A DNA stretch of 64,000 nt, taken from contig NC_069002.1 in the NCBI RefSeq assembly GCF_001194135.2, forward strand, positions 26,561,005 to 26,625,004, written 5' to 3'. The position numbers and the translations under genes are program-made. Positions 62,108 to 64,000 of the stretch are shown here, in pieces; within the stretch, counting starts at the first letter, position 1; the number at the start of each line of letters is the position of its first letter. The notes beneath the pieces were generated by a model. It saw only the letters and a program-made list of their open reading frames with translations, did not search any database and was not told the origin of the DNA. This DNA is from Octopus bimaculoides (lineage: Eukaryota).

Positions 62108-62645
62108 CCGCATGTCAAACGACTGAAACAAATAAAAGATTGAAAGAATATACTCACATACATTTGCCTTCTCCTTGACTAAACTACTAAATGAAAACCT
62201 GTCTTCTGTCAGGGTTTAAGATTCACAATCATTTTATTTCCATTTTCAAAGCCATAGATGTGAGGTAAAATAGATTTGGCTGTTATTTCTAGCAGGGTAA
62301 GAGACTAATATCTCATCAGGAATTTAACAATTCTTTAATTACTTATCCAGGTATTTCTGAAACTCTACCCTTGTTACCTGTATGTGATTACATACCTAAG
62401 TAGATACTTCAAACTATCAATCTGTGTATTAATCTGAGACATTACACACCCAAGTACATGTCTCAGATTGCAGCGTAGACATATATTTGATTGCGTATCC
62501 GGGTATATGCTTCAACCTGTATTCAACAATGTTTGATAACATCCCCAGATATGATGGACTCTCCCATCGAAGATAACATTTGAGTGTTCAGCACAACGGA
62601 GCTGCACAAATGATTTGTTTATGGTGATAATATTTATGTGCTGTA

Positions 62646-62858
62646 AGGCGGCGAGCTCGCAGACACGTTAGCATGCCGGGCGAAATGCTTAGCGGTATTT
62701 CGTCTGTCTTTTCTTTCTGAGTTCAAATTTCATCGAGATCGGCTTTGCTTTTCATCCTTTCAAGGTCGATAAATTAAGTACCAGTTGCATAATGGGGTCG
62801 ATCTAATCGATTGCTCCCCTCCCAAAAAACTTCAGGCCTTGTGCCTAGAGTAGGGAAG
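62646..62858 (+). mobile_element. SINE family B with 17 bp TSD
   Basis: aatatttatgtg(c/t)tgta at 62629-62645 and 62859-62875. Confidence 0.9.
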
Positions 62859-63302
62859 AATATTTATGTGTTGTACATGGGCTCCCTCCCTCCATCAAAT
62901 CAAGTGCACTGTGCACCATGGGTCAGGTGCAGAAGCGATCACAGAGCAATGTGAGATGGAGTGTTTTGCTCAAGAACACAATGCACCACCCCATCTAGGA
63001 ATTGAAACCACAATCTTGTGATTGTGAATGCAACACTCTAACCATATGTAATTTTGTAAGTTTATGTTATTTTTGAAGCTCCAAGGAAGCTATAAGGTGA
63101 TGCAAATGTATTCAGCTCTGAGTGCACTGCAGAAACTGATGTAAGCTAATGGAATTCATTGCCTAATAACCTATTCCTTTGTCATTTATTTAATCTCATA
63201 TAACGCTCTGTACTCGACTAATGCTTTGTCTATTGGGGAAGGCAAGAAATTATCATCAATTGGGAGATCTTGCACTAACGCTTGATACTGACAGGCCTCT
63301 GC

Positions 63303-63928
63303 TTAACCCTTTAGCATTTCAAACAGCTATACTCTTTTACTTGTTTCAGTCATTTGTCTGTGGTCATGCTGGAGCACTGCCTTTAGTCGAGTTGATCAAC
63401 CCCGGGACTTATTCTTTGTAAGCCTAGTATTTATTCTATTGGTCTCTTTTGCCGAACCGCTAAGTTACAGGGACGAAAACACACCAGCATCGGTTGTCGA
63501 GCAGTGTTGGGGTGGGACAAACACAGACACACAAACATACATACATATATATATACATATATACGACAGGCTTCTTTCAGTTTCCGTCTACCAAATCCTC
63601 TCTCAAGGCTTTGGTCGGCCCGAGGCTATAGTAGAAGACACTTGCCCAAGGTTCCATGCAGTGGGACTGAACCCACAACCATGTGGTTGGTAAGCAAGCT
63701 ACATACCACACAGCCACTCCTACGCCTGATCCAGCCCAAATGTTTTTACCTGTTATATGTTTCTACTGGCCAGATCTGACCTCCTACACCTATCCCACAA
63801 TGTCATTCTTAAAATATATAGCCACATCATCAAAATCTCAAAGTTGAGAGATAATCCATGATTAATTCAGAACAATGGGAATAAATAAGGATTACATTTG
63901 ACAGAATAATCTGAATGCTGAAGAGTTA
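63303..63928. mobile_element. MITE family D split by an inverted SINE A (about 63335-63726)
   Basis: TTAAccctttagcatt left end; MITE body resumes after the SINE head; degenerate right end gaatgctgaagagtta. Confidence 0.82.
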
Positions 63929-63940
63929 TCCAAGAGTCTG

Positions 63941-64000
63941 ATGGTGGTGGGGCTGGGGATCACGGTGGTGGGGCTGGGGATCAAGGTGTTGGGGCTGGGG
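63941..64000 (+). repeat. G-rich 21 bp tandem repeat running off the window end
   Basis: ggtggtggggctggggatcac, about 3 copies. Confidence 0.9.

Noticed and set aside
62431-62469. 11 bp inverted repeat aatctgagaca/tgtctcagatt
   Set aside because: Single short hairpin with no associated feature

Overview
Eukaryotic, AT-rich, repeat-saturated non-coding DNA (intronic or intergenic) from a gapped short-read assembly with 15 N-runs. The repeat families look like those of an octopus (coleoid cephalopod); this is an inference from recalled repeat sequences, not a database result. No intact or recognisable host gene is present. Almost all ORFs in the supplied track are artefacts of microsatellites, SINEs or N-runs. 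Supported content: (i) dozens of tRNA-derived SINE copies in about 5 families (working labels A, B, C, F, O); (ii) TTAA-flanked piggyBac-like MITEs; (iii) decayed LINE pieces (RTE, Tx1/L1-like, and an R4/Dong-like fragment inside a (TAA)n tract); (iv) mini- and microsatellites; (v) several low-confidence candidate exons. The most interesting signal is a set of hammerhead-ribozyme (HHR)-like motifs in short repeats. One at 54366-54410 is a near-perfect minimal type I hammerhead inside a modular repeat that shows a compensatory base change, suggesting a Penelope-linked or retrozyme-like system. Repeat boundaries are approximate (about 10 bp either way) unless a target-site duplication (TSD) is quoted.
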